From NCBI RefSeq assembly GCF_039654945.1, contig NW_027361804.1, forward strand, positions 4,154,001-4,218,000: a stretch of 64,000 nucleotides of DNA. Reading direction: 5' to 3'. Below the pieces are notes generated by a model. It did no database searches and was not told the DNA's origin. It was given only the letters and a program-made list of their open reading frames with translations. Source of the DNA: Dendrobates tinctorius (taxonomy: Eukaryota). Below are positions 45,819-59,086 of this stretch, piece after piece. How positions within the stretch are numbered: position 1 is the stretch's first letter; every line of letters starts with the position of its first letter. Position numbers and translations under genes: made by a program.

Positions 45819-48794
45819 GGCTTCAACGTCACAATCCTACTATTGACTGGGTCACGGGGGAGATCATTCAGTGGGGTTGTATGACTAACGGTCTAGGTTG
45901 TAACTTGACAACTCTTGTCACCCCAGTAAAATCTGTGTCAGTGTCGTCTGTCGATCTGGAAGGTATTCCGGAGTACCTGAAAGATTTTGAAGACGTATTT
46001 TCTGGTGCCAAGGTGAGGATGAGGCGCTACCACCACATAGACCCTTTGACCTTTGATTGTGCCATTAATCTAGTCCCTGGAGCCAAGTTACCCAAGGCTC
46101 GCCTGTTCAATTTGTCCGGGCCCGAACGTCTAGCCATGAAGGAGTACATTACCGAGAGTCTCCGCAAAGGGCATATTAGGCCTTCTCTTTCACCTGTGGT
46201 GGCGGGCTTCCTTTTTTGTTAAGAAAAAAGATGGTGGTTTGCGGCCGTGCCTCGACTTTCGGGAATTAAAATTACTATGAAAAATACATACCCTCTCACC
46301 CTAATTCCTGACCTATGTAACCAACTCACCGGGGCCAAGTAGTTCTCTAAACTGGATTTACGTGGGGCATATAACCTTATAAGAGTCCGGGAAGGGGACG
46401 AATGGAAAACAGCATTCCTGACGACTGAAGGGCTGTTCGAAAACTTGGTTATGCCCTTTGGTCTCACCAACACTCCTGCTGATTTTCAGAATTTTATTAA
46501 TGTAATTTTCTCTGATTTAATTGGTCGTTTTGTGGTCATCTATTTGGATGACATTCTGGTGTACTCGGTGGACAGTCAATCTCACTTGCACCATTTGCGG
46601 ATGGTTCTCATGAGACTGAGGGAGAATCATTTGTATGCCAAGTTGGAAAAATGCTCATTTTTCATGCAAGAAGTATCCTTTCTGGGGTTGATTATGTCAG
46701 GGGAGGGGTTCCGCATGGATCCTAAGGAGGTCCAGGCTGTTACAGATTGGGTGCAGCCTCATGACTTGAAAGGGTTGCAGCGATTTTTAGGCTTTGCTAA
46801 CTGTTATAGGAAATTTATTAAGGGCTTCACGCAGGTGGTAAAGCCTCTAACGGACCTCACTCTCAAGGGAGCTGATGTAAAAAATTGGTCTGTAGCTGCA
46901 AAAAATTCTTTCATGACATTAAAAAAGTGCTTTTCTTCAGCCCCTGTATTGGTACAACCCGACCCGTCAAGACCTTTTATCGTGGAGGTTGACGCCTCGG
47001 AAGTAGGGGTGGGGGCAGTTTTGTCTCAGGGTCCGCCTACCCTTACTAATCTGAGGCCTTGCGCCTTCATCTCTAAAAAATGTTCCTCTGCCGAGAGAAA
47101 TTACGATGTCGGCAATAGAGAGTTGTTGGCGGTAAAGTTGGCTTTTGAAGAATGGAGGCATTTCCTGGAGGGGGCTATTCATCCCATTACAGTCATCACT
47201 GATCACAAAAATTTGGCCTATATCGAGTCTGCCAAGAGATTGACCCCCAGACAGGCTCGGTGGGCGCTTTTTTTTTTCTCGATTTCAGTTTACCATCACA
47301 TTCCGCCGGGTTCTAAAAACATCAAGGCTCATGCCTTATCCCGAAGCTTTGATTCGGTGTCCCCTCCAGAACCTCCCTCCTTCTTTCTTCAGCCAGGAGT
47401 AGTGGTGGCCGAAATCTCTTCGGAGTTACAGAGAGAAATTTTGGTGGCCCAGGCTCGGGCTCCTGGTGGTAAACCCCCGGGTAAATTGTTTGTACCGAAA
47501 CGTTTCCATCTCGGACTTATGCAGGAATTTCACGATTCTATGTTGAGTGCTCACCCTGGGATTGCAGCTACCCGGGGGGGCAAGTGCGAGGGGTTTCTGG
47601 TGGCCCTCTATGGTAACAGATATTAAAAAGTTTGTGACTGCATGTGGGGTGTGCGCTCTTTCTAAAAGTTCTCAGGTCCGTCCGTCCGAGGAGTTGGTGC
47701 CTTTGCCAATTCCGGATAGACCATGGACACATTTGTCCATGGATTTTATCACAAATCTTCCTCCTTCCAGGGGCAACTCGGTGATATGGGTGGTGGTGGA
47801 TAGGTTTTCAAAACAAGCCCACTTTGTACCTCTCCCCACGTTACCATCTGCTGAAACCCTGGCCCGCTTATTTATGCAGCATATAATTCGGTTGCATGGA
47901 GTGCCTATGAATGTGGTGTCAGACAGAGGGGTACAGTTTGTAGCCAGGTTCTGGAGGGCTTTTTGCAAAAAGCTGGGGATTTCGTTGTCCTTCTCCTCTG
48001 CCTACCACCCAGAGTCTATAGGACAGACGGAGCGCATAAACCAATCGTTGGAGCAGATTATGAGATGCTTGGCCTCTTCCAGGCAGGAGGACTGGTGTGA
48101 GGTATTGCCCATGGCAGAGATTGCATTCAACGGTCGTGTGAGTCAATCTACTGGGAAGTCTCCCTTTCAGATCAACTATGGGTTTAACCCACATTTTGGA
48201 GAGTTTTCCCGCATGGATTCAGGTTGTCCTGGAGCTGAGGGTGCGACACAACGTCTTAGAATTCTTTGAAGGGAGGTTCAGAGGAATATTTCCAAGGCCC
48301 AGGAAAACTATAAGCGGTTTGCTGACAGGAGGAGGGGGCCAGGTCCAGCATTTGCAGTAGGGGAGAAGGTGTGGCTATCCACCCGCAATATCAAGCTTAA
48401 GATACCATCTAGCAAGCTGGGCCCCAAGTTTACTGGCCCATACAAAGTTGTGGAGGTTGTTAACCCAGTAGCCTACCGACTGCAGCTGCCCACCTCCTTT
48501 AAAATTTCTGATGTCTTCCACAGGTCCCTGTTAAAGCCTGTGGAGACGGTGGTAGAGGATCCCTCATCAAATGCTCCGCCAGTGCTGGTAAAGGGGCAGC
48601 TGGAGTATGAAGTAGGGCGCATTGTTGACTCCCGGAGGGTGTGCTGGAGACTCCAGTATCTGATACACTGGAAGGGGTACTCTCTGGAGGATCGGTCATG
48701 GGTTCCGGCCAGTTCGGTGCATGCCGATCGTCTGGTGCGGGCTTTCCACGCCAGATACCCAGACAAGCCTGGGGGTCCAGTGGCCCCCTGTTAA
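45819..48794 (+). pseudogene. pol remnant: RT, RNase H, integrase, chromodomain; several frameshifts and stops
   Basis: MPFGL, YLDD (46541), VDASEVGVGAVL, TDHKNL, H..HPG..C..C, SMDF/SDRG/QTER, GPY, YEVGRIVDSR..YLIHWKGY..RSW. Confidence 0.93.
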
Positions 48795-48805
48795 GAGGGG
48801 GGTAC

Positions 48806-49470
48806 TGTCATGGTTTGAACAGGGTTCTTGCCCTGCACTCACAGGGTTAAGTGTTCGTGGCCTCTTTCTGGATCTGGGAGGGGTATTTATACTCACTCTT
48901 TACCAGGGTTCTCTGTCAGCTATACTGTTGTTCTGGCTGTGTGTCTGACCCCTGGTGTGCATGTATTCTGCATTGCTTGTTTGCTTCCCGTGTACGACCC
49001 GGTCCGTTCCCTCACTCTGTACTCTGTTTCTCATTTCGGCACTATTGTCTTTTCCGGTTCTGACCTCCTTGCTTGGCTATCGTTACTCCGTTACAGTTTG
49101 TCCCTATTGTACCGTCTATTGCCCGTTCTGGTTTTCTGATCTATTGCTACGTCCTGACTATCCATTCTCTCTGACCCTTTGGTACTGTATTGCTATCTCG
49201 TGCTTTGACCCGGCTTGATCTGGTTTCTGTCTCTGTCTATGCCCCTTGGTTACACTGTCCAGTAGTTACCTTTCTAGGAATTTCCCTGCAGCTCCTCGCT
49301 CTGTGGCACTGAGGCAACACCCCCAGCAGTCACGTGCTTCAGGTCCTGTGAGTTTGGAGCATGCATTGTCACCACTGAGACCCCGCTCCGCAGGTATCTT
49401 TGTGCACAGTTTTTGTACTCAGGACACGCGCACTGGCTCAGTGAGCAAATGCAGTGCGGTGTTCCTGACA
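48806..49470 (+). repeat. 3' LTR
   Basis: Follows the PPT; about 92% identical to the 5' LTR by hand count. Confidence 0.96.
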
Positions 49471-49499
49471 CTTATAATAGAAGTAATAAAATATTAAAA

Positions 49500-51862
49500 A
49501 CTATACTACTGCTCATAATAACCCCAATACTAATAATACTGATAATAACCCCCAATACTAATAATAATACTGATAATCCCCAATACTAATAATACTACTG
49601 ATAATAACCCCAATACTAATAATAGTACTGATAATAACCCCCAATACTAATAATACTACTGATAATAACCCCCAATACTAATAATACTACCGGTAATAAC
49701 CCCCAATATTAATAATACTACTGATAATAACCCCCAATACTAATAATACTACTGATAATAACCCCAATACTAATAATACTACTGATAACCCCCAATACTA
49801 ATAATACTTCTGATAATAACCCCAATACTAATAATACTACTGATAACCCCCAATACTAATAATACTTCTGATAATAACCCCAATACTAATAATACTACTG
49901 GTAATAACCCCCAATACTAATAATACTTCTGATAATAACCCCCCCAATACTAATAATACTACTGATAACACCCCAATACTAATAATGCGACTGATAGGCC
50001 CCAATACTAATAATACTACTGATAATAACCCCAAATACTAATAATACTACTGGTAATAACCCCCAATACTAATAATACTACTGGTAATTACCTCCAATAC
50101 TAATAATACTACTGGTTATTACCTCCAATACTAATAATACTACTGATAATAACCCCCAATACTAATAATACTACCGGTAATAACCCCCAATATTAATAAT
50201 ACTACTGATAATAACCCCCAATACTAATAATACTACTGATAATAACCCCAAATACTAATAATACTACTGGTAATAACCCCCAATACTAATAATACTACTG
50301 ATAATAACCCCGATACTAATAATACTACTGGTAATAACCCCAATACTAATAATACTACTGATAATAACCCTCAATACTAATAATACTACTGATAACACCC
50401 CAATACTAATAATACTACTGATAATAACCCCCAATACTACTGATAACACTCCAATACTAATAATACTACTGATAATAACCCCCAATACTAATAATACTAC
50501 TGATAATAACCCCAATACTAATAATAATACTGATAACCCCCAATACTAATAATACTACTGGTAATAACCCCCAATACTAATAATACTACTGATAATACCC
50601 CCAATACTAATAATACTACTGATAATAACCCCAATACTAATAATACTACTGATAATAACCCTCAATACTAATAATACTACTGATAACACCCCAATACTAA
50701 TAATACTACTGGTAATAACCCCCAATACTAATCATACTATTGGTAATAACCCCCAATACTAATAATACTTCTGATAATAACCCCAATACTAATAATACTA
50801 CTGGTAATAACCCCCAATACTAATAATACTTCTGATAATAACCCTCAATACTAATAATACTACTGATAACACCCCAATACTAATAATGCGACTGATAAGC
50901 CCCAATACTAAATACTACTGATAATAACCCAAAATACTAATAATACTACTGGTAATAACCCCCAATACTAATAATACTACTGGTAATTACCTCCAATACT
51001 AATAATACTACTGGTAATTACCTCCAATACTAATAATACTTCTGATAATAACCCCCAATACTAATAATACTACTGATAATAACCCCCAATACTAATAATA
51101 CTACCGGTAATAACCCCCAATATTAATAATACTACTGATAATAACCCCCAATACTAATAATACTACTGATAATAACCCCAAATACTAATAATACTACTGA
51201 TAATAACCCCCAATACTAATAATACTACTGGTAATAACCCCCAATACTAATAATACTACTGATAATAACCCCAAATACTAATAATACTACTGATAATAAC
51301 CCCAAATACTAATAATACTACTGGTAATAACCCCCAATACTAATAATACTACTGATAATAACCCCCGATACTAATAATACTACTGGTAACCCCCAATACT
51401 AATAATACTACTGATAATAACCCCCAATACTACTGATAACACCCCAATACTAATAATACTACTGATAATAACCCCCAATACTAATAATACTACTGATAAT
51501 AACCCCAAATAATAATAATACTACTGGTAATAACCCCCAATACTAATAATATTACTGGTAACCCCAATACTAATAATACTACTGATAATAACCCCCGATA
51601 CTAATGATACTACTGGTAATAACCCCCAATACTAATAATACTACTGGTAACCCCAATACTAATAATACTACTGATAATAACCCCCAATACTAATAATACT
51701 ACTGGTAACCCCAATACTAATAATACTACTGATAATTACCCCCAATACTAATAATACTACTGGTAACCCCAATACTAATAATACTACTGGTAATAACCAC
51801 CAATACTAATATTACTATTGATAACCTCCAATACTAATAATACTACTGATAATAACCTCCAA
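49500..51862 (+). repeat. AT-rich ~30-bp satellite, left part
   Basis: AATAACCCCCAATACTAATAATACTACTGAT. Confidence 0.96.
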
Positions 51863-52699
51863 TGTTGTGAGTTCATTTTTCTCTGTTATGATGAGTCACC
51901 AAAGGAGGAAAAAACAAAATACCAGCGTCCAGAAAAACCAGAGAGGTTGGCAGCTATCGGATTGCAGACCCCTGAACCTATCCACAACAACTAGCAGTAG
52001 CCGTGGGGGGTTCCTACGGTGCCCTAGACCCCTCGATCACAGCCGGAGAACTACATAGCCTAAAGACAGAAAGGGGAAAAACTAAACTTCCCCAGAGCAG
52101 ATCCCAAAGCAATAGGCAGCCCCAGCATATAATGACGGTGAAGCAAGATGAAAACACTAACACAGATAGAAAGATAGGTTGAGCAAATGATGGGGCCCAA
52201 GCTAACTACATAGGACAGGATAGGAAAGCTGCTGTTTGCCATCCGCAAAAACCCTATCAAAATGAGCCAACCGACTGATAGGAAAAACAGGCCCTGAAGT
52301 CGCTAGGCTTCAAAAGACTATATCAGCACTCAGGTATATTCTGAAGACAAAGCAAAAGATCAACAGATCAGAGACAAAAATGGAATTCAGCTCACCCCCG
52401 GCCGGGGATGGCAGAACTCCCAAAAAACAAGGCAAAACAAAAACAAAACTGAAGAGTACAAAGCAGAGCAGAAAAACTTAGCTTTGAGATGCAGGAATCA
52501 GACTGGTCTCCAAGAATCCAGCAGGAAAATCACCAGCCAGGAAGAAGGGCGTCGGCGGCCTTATATCCAGTCCTCAATTCCAGCCATCCAGTCATCATCT
52601 AGCTGCCCAGGTGTTTGGTAATCAGCCTCACCACCTTCCTTCACCAGAGGAGGGAGTTCATCAGACCTCAATGGTGAAGGGAAAAATGAACTCACAACA

Positions 52700-53532
52700 G
52701 TACCTCCCCCTTGAGGAGGGGTCACCGAACCCTCATCCATGCCACCAGGGCGATCCGGGTGAGCCCGATGAAAGGCACGCACCAATCTTTCGGAATGAAT
52801 ATCAGAGGCAGAGACCCAGGAATTATCCTCCTGACCATAACCCTTCCACTTAACCAAATACTGGAGTCTCCGTCTAGCCAGACGGGAATCCAGTATCTTC
52901 TCTACCTCATATTCCATGTTACCTTCAACCAATATAGGGTCAGGAGGTGCCACCACAGGAACTACTGGTTCAACAAACCTCTTCAACAAGGACTTATGAA
53001 ACACATTATGAATTTTAAATGTGACAGGAAGAGCCAACCGAAAAGAGACCGGATTAATAATCTCCAAAATCTTGTAAGGTCCAATAAATCTAGGCTTAAA
53101 CTTAGGAGAAGCCACCTTCATAGCGATATTTTTTTATGACAACCAAACCATATCACCCACCTTAAACTGGGGACCAACGGTCCTACGCCGGTTGGAAAAC
53201 CGCTGGGCCTTTTCCTGGGAGAGAGACAACTTATCCACTACTTGGTCCCAGATCTGGTGCATTCTCTCCAACACAGTGTCAACACCTGGACAGGCAGAAG
53301 GCTCCACCTGCCCTGAAGAAAATCGAGGGTGAAAACCAAAGTTACAAAATAAAGGTGACATCAAAGTGGCAGAACTAGCTCTATTATTTAAAGCAAATTC
53401 GGCCAAGGGCAAAAATGAAACCCAATCATCCTGATCGGCAGAAATAAAACATCTCAAATACGACTCCAAAATCTGGTTTGTTCTCTCCGTCTGCCCATTG
53501 GTCTGAGGGTGGAACGCAGAGGAGAAGGACAG
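52700..53532 (-). pseudogene. Integrase C-terminus plus chromodomain (inverted fragment)
   Basis: SSAFHPQTNGQTER, FIGPYKI, YEVEKILDSR..YLVKWKGYGQEDNSW; one frameshift near 53130. Confidence 0.9.
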
Positions 53533-53684
53533 CAGAATCACCAGCCATACCGCAGATCCTAGGGTACTCAATAGCAGCAGAGAATTGTAAAAAGAAAAAA
53601 AAAAAAAGTGTCAGAATTTTTTTTTTTTTGTGTGCATATTTTTTCCTCTATATCTCTGAGGCCGTAGGGGGAATTTTTCTCTCA

Positions 53685-54608
53685 ATGGAGATGAAGCAAT
53701 TGTCTGATCGTGTGGAGCAGCTCGCTGCTGAAGTGCGGGGAATTTCCGCCTACCTTGCTCATTCACATGCTGCTGAACCAAAGATTCCTGCTCCTGATGT
53801 GTTTTTTGGGGATCGGTCTAAATTCTTGAATTTCAAGAATAATTGTAAATTATTTTTTGCCTTGAAGCCTAACTCGTCGGGGAACTCTGCGCAGCAGGTT
53901 AAAATTGTCATCTCTTTGCTGCGCGGCGATCCCCAGGATTGGGCGTTTTCTTTAAAACCAGATGATCCTATTCTGAATAATGTGAACGCATTTTTTCAAG
54001 CCTTGGGGTTGTTGTATGACGAACCTAATGCTATTGATCAGGCTGAAAAGACCCTGTTGGCATTGAGCCAGGGTCGGGATTCGGCAGAGTTGTACTGTCA
54101 AAAATTCTGAAAGTGGGCGGTCCTTACTACCTGGAATGATGGTGCCTTGGCAGCCCTCTTTCGGAAGGGTTTGTCAGAAACTGTAAAAGATACTATGGTG
54201 GGATTTCCTGTTCCCTCTGGTCTTGACGATCCTATGTCATTAGCCATTCAGGTGGATCGGCGTTTACGTGAACGCAAAACTACACGAGAGATGTTGCCAC
54301 CTGTTGAACAAATGTCTGAACCTATGCAATGTGATAGAGTTTTGTCTAGGGCGCAACGTCAGGAGTTCAGAAGGCGTAATAAGCTGTGTTTTTTTTGTGG
54401 AGATGCCTCGCATATTATTTCTGTCAGCCCTAAACGAGAGAAACGTTGTGCACACACGTTTTCTGTGGGTGGTGTTCAACCTAAGTTTCTTCTGGCAATT
54501 ACTCTGATCTGCTCCCTGTCCACATTTTCCGCCAAGGCTTTTGTGGATTCAGGAGCAGCTCTTAACCTGATGGACTTGGATATTGCTAAACGTTGTGGAT
54601 TTCCTATG
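53685..54608 (+). pseudogene. gag plus start of protease, second chromovirus
   Basis: EPKIPAPDVFFGDRSKF; in-frame TGA at 54108-54110; degenerate knuckle CFFCGDASH; AFVDSGA. Confidence 0.88.
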
Positions 54609-54678
54609 CCAACCTCTCTGGTTTTTCTGGACTTAGCTGGTATTTTGTTTTTTCCTCCTTTGGTGACTCATCATAACA

Positions 54679-56999
54679 CTCCAAGACTAATAATACTACT
54701 GATATCCCCCAATACTAATAATACTACTGGTAATAACCCCCCAATACTAATAATACTACTGATAATAACCCCCAATACTAATAATACTACTGATAATAAC
54801 ACCCCAATACTAATAATACTACTGGTATTAACCCCCAATACTAATAATACTACTGATAATAACACCCCAATACTAATAATACTACTGGTAATAACCCCCA
54901 ATACTAATAATACTACTGGTAACCCCCAATACTAATAATACTACTGGTAATAACCACCAATACTAATAATACTACTGATAACCCCCAATACTAATAATAC
55001 TACTGGTAATAACCCCCAATACTAATAATACTACTGATAACCCCCAATACTAATAATACTACTGATATCCCCCAATACTAATAAAACTACTGGTAATAAC
55101 CCCCCAATACTAATAATACTACTGATAATAACCCCCAATACTAATAATACTACTGGTAATAACCCCCAATACTAATAATACTACTGATAATAACACCCCA
55201 ATACTAATAATACTACTGGTAATAACCCCCAATACTAATACTACTACTGATAATAACACCCCAATACTAATAATACTACTGGTATTAACCCCCAATACTA
55301 ATACTACTACTGATAATAACCCCCCAATACTAATAATACTACTGGTATTAACCCCCAATACTAATACTACTACTGATAATAACACCCCAATACTAATAAT
55401 ACTACTGGTAATAACCCCCAATACTAATAATACTACTGGTAACCCCCAATACTAATAATACTACTGATAATAACACCCCAATACTAATAATACTACTGGT
55501 ATTAACCCCAATACTAATAATACTACTGATAATAACACCCCAATACTAATAATACTACTGGTAATAACCCCCAATACTAATAATACTAGTAGTAACAACC
55601 CCCAATACTAATAATACTACTGGTAATAACCCCCAATACTAATAATACTACTGATAATAACACCCCAATACTAATAATACTTCTGGTAATAACCCCCAAT
55701 ACTAATAATACTAGTAGTAACAACCCCCAATACTAATAATACTACTGGTAATAACCCCCAATACTAATAATACTACTGATAACACCCCAATACTAATAAT
55801 ACTTATGGTATTAACCACCAATACTAATAATACTACTGATAATAACACCCCAATACTAATACTACTACTGATAATAGCCCCCAATACTAATAATACTACT
55901 GATAACCCCCAATACTAATAATACTACTGGTAATAACCCCCAATACTAATAATACTACTGGTAATAACCCCCAATACTAATAATACTACTGGTAATAACC
56001 CCCAATACTGATAGTACTACTGGTAATAACCCCCAATACTAATAATACTACTGATAATAACCCCCCAATACTAATGATACTACTGGTAATAACCCCCAAT
56101 ACTAATAATACTTCTGGTAATAACCCCCAATACTAATAATACTACTGTTAATAACCCCCCAATACTAATGATACTACTGGTAATAACCCCCAATACTAAT
56201 AATACTACTGATAATAACCCCCAATACTAATAATACTACTGGTAATAACCACCAATACTAATAATACTACTGGTAATAACCCCCCAATACTAATGATACT
56301 ACTGGTAATAACCCCCAATACTAATAATACTACTGATAATAACACCCCAATACTAATAATACTACTGTTAATAACCCCCAATACTAATAATACTACTGGT
56401 AATAACCCCCAATACTAATAATACTTCTGGTAATAACCCCCAATACTAATAATACTACTGATAATAACCCCCCAATACTAATAATACTTCTGGTAATAAC
56501 CACCAATACTAATAATACTACTGGTAATAACCCCCCAATACTAATGATACTACTGGTAATAACCCCCAATACTAATACTACTGTTAATAACCCCCAATAC
56601 TAATAATACTACTGGTAATAACCCCCAATACTAATAATACTTCTGGTAATAACCCCCAATACTAATAATACTACTGTTAATAACCACCAATACTAATAAT
56701 ACTACTGGTAATAACCCCCAAATACTAATAATACTACTGGTAATAACCCCCAATACTAATAATACTACTGATAATAACCCCCCAATACTAATGATACTAC
56801 TGGTAATAACCCCCAATACTAATAATACTACTGATAATAACCCCCCAATACTAATAATACTACTGGTAATAACCCCCAAATACTAATAATACTACTGGTA
56901 ATAACCCCCCCAATACTAATAATACTACTGGTAATAACCCCCAATACTAATAATACTACTGGTATTAACCCCCAATACTAATAATACTACTGATAACCC
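54679..56999 (+). repeat. AT-rich ~30-bp satellite, right part
   Basis: Same unit as 49500-51862. Confidence 0.96.
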
Positions 57000-57570
57000 A
57001 CTTTCTATATGTAGAGAATAAGAGCAGATAACCAGACGCCGTGAGCCTTTGTCCCTGGATGATGGTGGACGACCAGCAGTCCTGATTGGCCTTGGACTGT
57101 GGTATGGTGTCACTAGTAATATTCTCGCCTTTTATTCGTGGGTCGTGACACGGATTGGTGGCAGCGTGTTCCCAATGCGCCGGGTGTGTATAGTGACCCC
57201 TAGTGAATGCCTGGGCAGCTGCAGGCCGCCATCACCCCGAGATCTCCTTATTGTTAACCGCTCTGGGTGATGCCAGCTGCATGGTCGGGGGGACGCAGCT
57301 GCTGGAGCTGTTACTTTGTGACACTGACCCACTTTACTCAGGAAACAATGTCCCCAACTTGTAACAGTCACATTAACCCTTTCATCACACTTCTGTGCTG
57401 CCGTCTCCTTTTTGTAAGAATAAAGAGGTAGAGTTATTAATTATCAAGCGAGTTTTCTGCAAGAAGGGTTAAAGGATTATTGATTAAAAACTTCTGCAAC
57501 TTTATAATATTCTTTGCTGTAATTCTTCTGAGAATGTGAGAGCTCTTCTTTCTGTCAGTGAATGGAAACA

Positions 57571-58341
57571 TTAATATAATAATAATAAATTTTATTTCTA
57601 TAGCGCCGACATATTCCGCAGCACTTTACATTTCAGAGGGGATTTGTACAGACAATAGACATTACAGCATAACAATAATCACATAGACCATAACAGATAC
57701 CAAGAGGAATGAGGGCCCTGCTCGCAAGCTTACAGTCTATGAGGAAAGAGGGAGACACGAGAGGTGGGTGGTAACAGTTGCCCTGATTGTATGGACCAGC
57801 CATAATGTTAAGTGTGTAACAGTACAGACGCAGAGGGCTAATGGATGCATAAAGCATGTGGGAACATGAGGCTGGGAACCTGGTTATGGTAAAACTTTTG
57901 GCTGTGCCACACAGGGATAGATTAGGTTAATGTGTTGAGGCGGTAGGCCAGTCTGAATAAATGTGTTTTCAGGGCACGCTTAAAATTGTAGGGATTGGGG
58001 ACTAATCGTATTGACCTGGGAAGCGCATTCCAAAGAATTGGCGCAGCACGTGTAAAGTCTTGGAGACGGGAGTGGGAGGTTCCGATTACTGAGGATGCTA
58101 ACCTCAGGTCATCAGCAGAACGGAGGGCGCGGGTAGGGTGGTATACTGAAACAAGGAAGGAGATGTAGGGTGGTGCTGAGCAATGTAGGGCTTTGTGGGT
58201 GAGGGTAATAAGTTTGTACTGAATTCTGGAGTGGATGGGTAGCCAGTGTAATGACTGGCACAAGGTAGAGGCATCGGTGTAACGATTGGTGAGGAATATG
58301 ATCCTGGCTGCAGCATTCAAGACAGATTGGAGAGGGGAGAG
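57571..58341 (-). mobile_element. 5'-truncated L2-clade LINE (ORF2 C-terminus, 3' UTR, short repeat tail)
   Basis: NAAARIIF...SLHWLPIHSRIQYK...APILWNALP..IR...FKRALKTHLF; stop at 57924-57922; (TTA)n-like tail. Confidence 0.9.
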
Positions 58342-59086
58342 TTTTTATCTTACATTCATCTGAACCTGAGACTTTTCTTTTTTACTGCTGAAGGACTTGC
58401 TACAATGTATCAGTGTTTGTAAGAGATATAATCTCTGCGTCCAGAACAGAGGTTTATTCTGCAGATGTGTTTCGCTCACAGAGGATTGTCCAGATGTTGT
58501 TTTTCAAACCCACGACCAATCTGTTGATCATTGCAAAACGGATGTCAGGCACCGATCTGCTTTTGCTCTTCATTTTTCTTTGGATTTCACTTCCAGCACA
58601 ATGCTGCCCCCCTAGTGTCTTATCTAACCCACCAGTAACCAGAGAGCTGCAGCCAAAATAAAATCCTGAGTGACCAATCACCTCCAGAAGTCACATAATT
58701 AGTACATCGCGCCCAGCTGGGTGCGATCTCTTCTCAGTATAACTACAGCTGTTCTGTGAAAAACTCAGAGGTTTGTGTGAGGGGCCAAACAGCATCATGA
58801 AAACCAAGGAGCCCACCAGACAGGTCAGGGATAAAGTTTTGGAGAAAAGTAGAGCAGGGATAGGCTATAAACATAGCTCAATCTCTGAACATCTCATGGA
58901 GCACTTATCAATCCATCATCCAAATGGGAGGAGTATGGCACAACTGCAAACCTACCAAGACATGGGCGTCCACCTAACCTGACAACCCAAGCAAGCAGGG
59001 CACTGATTGGAGAAGCAGCCAAGAGGATGATGGTCACTGGAGAAGCTGCAGAGATCCACAGCTCAGGTGGGAAAATCTGTCCACAG

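Larger units (their letters stand above)
43546..49470 (+). mobile_element. Full-length, inactivated Ty3/Gypsy chromovirus (Tf1/sushi group)
   Basis: LTRs 43546-44207 and 48806-49470 (TGTCA...TGACA); 5-bp TSD CTTAT at 43541-45 and 49471-75; PPT AAGAGGGGGG at 48793-48802; gag-PR-RT-RH-IN-chromodomain order. Confidence 0.97.
51863..54678. mobile_element. Rearranged second chromovirus family
   Basis: LTR start (+) 51863-51883; complete LTR (-) 52699-51884 preceded by a PPT; integrase C-terminus and chromodomain (-) ~53532-52700; PBS, gag and protease start (+) ~53535-54608; last ~70 bp of LTR (+) to 54678. Flanked by CTCCAA on both sides. Confidence 0.9.
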
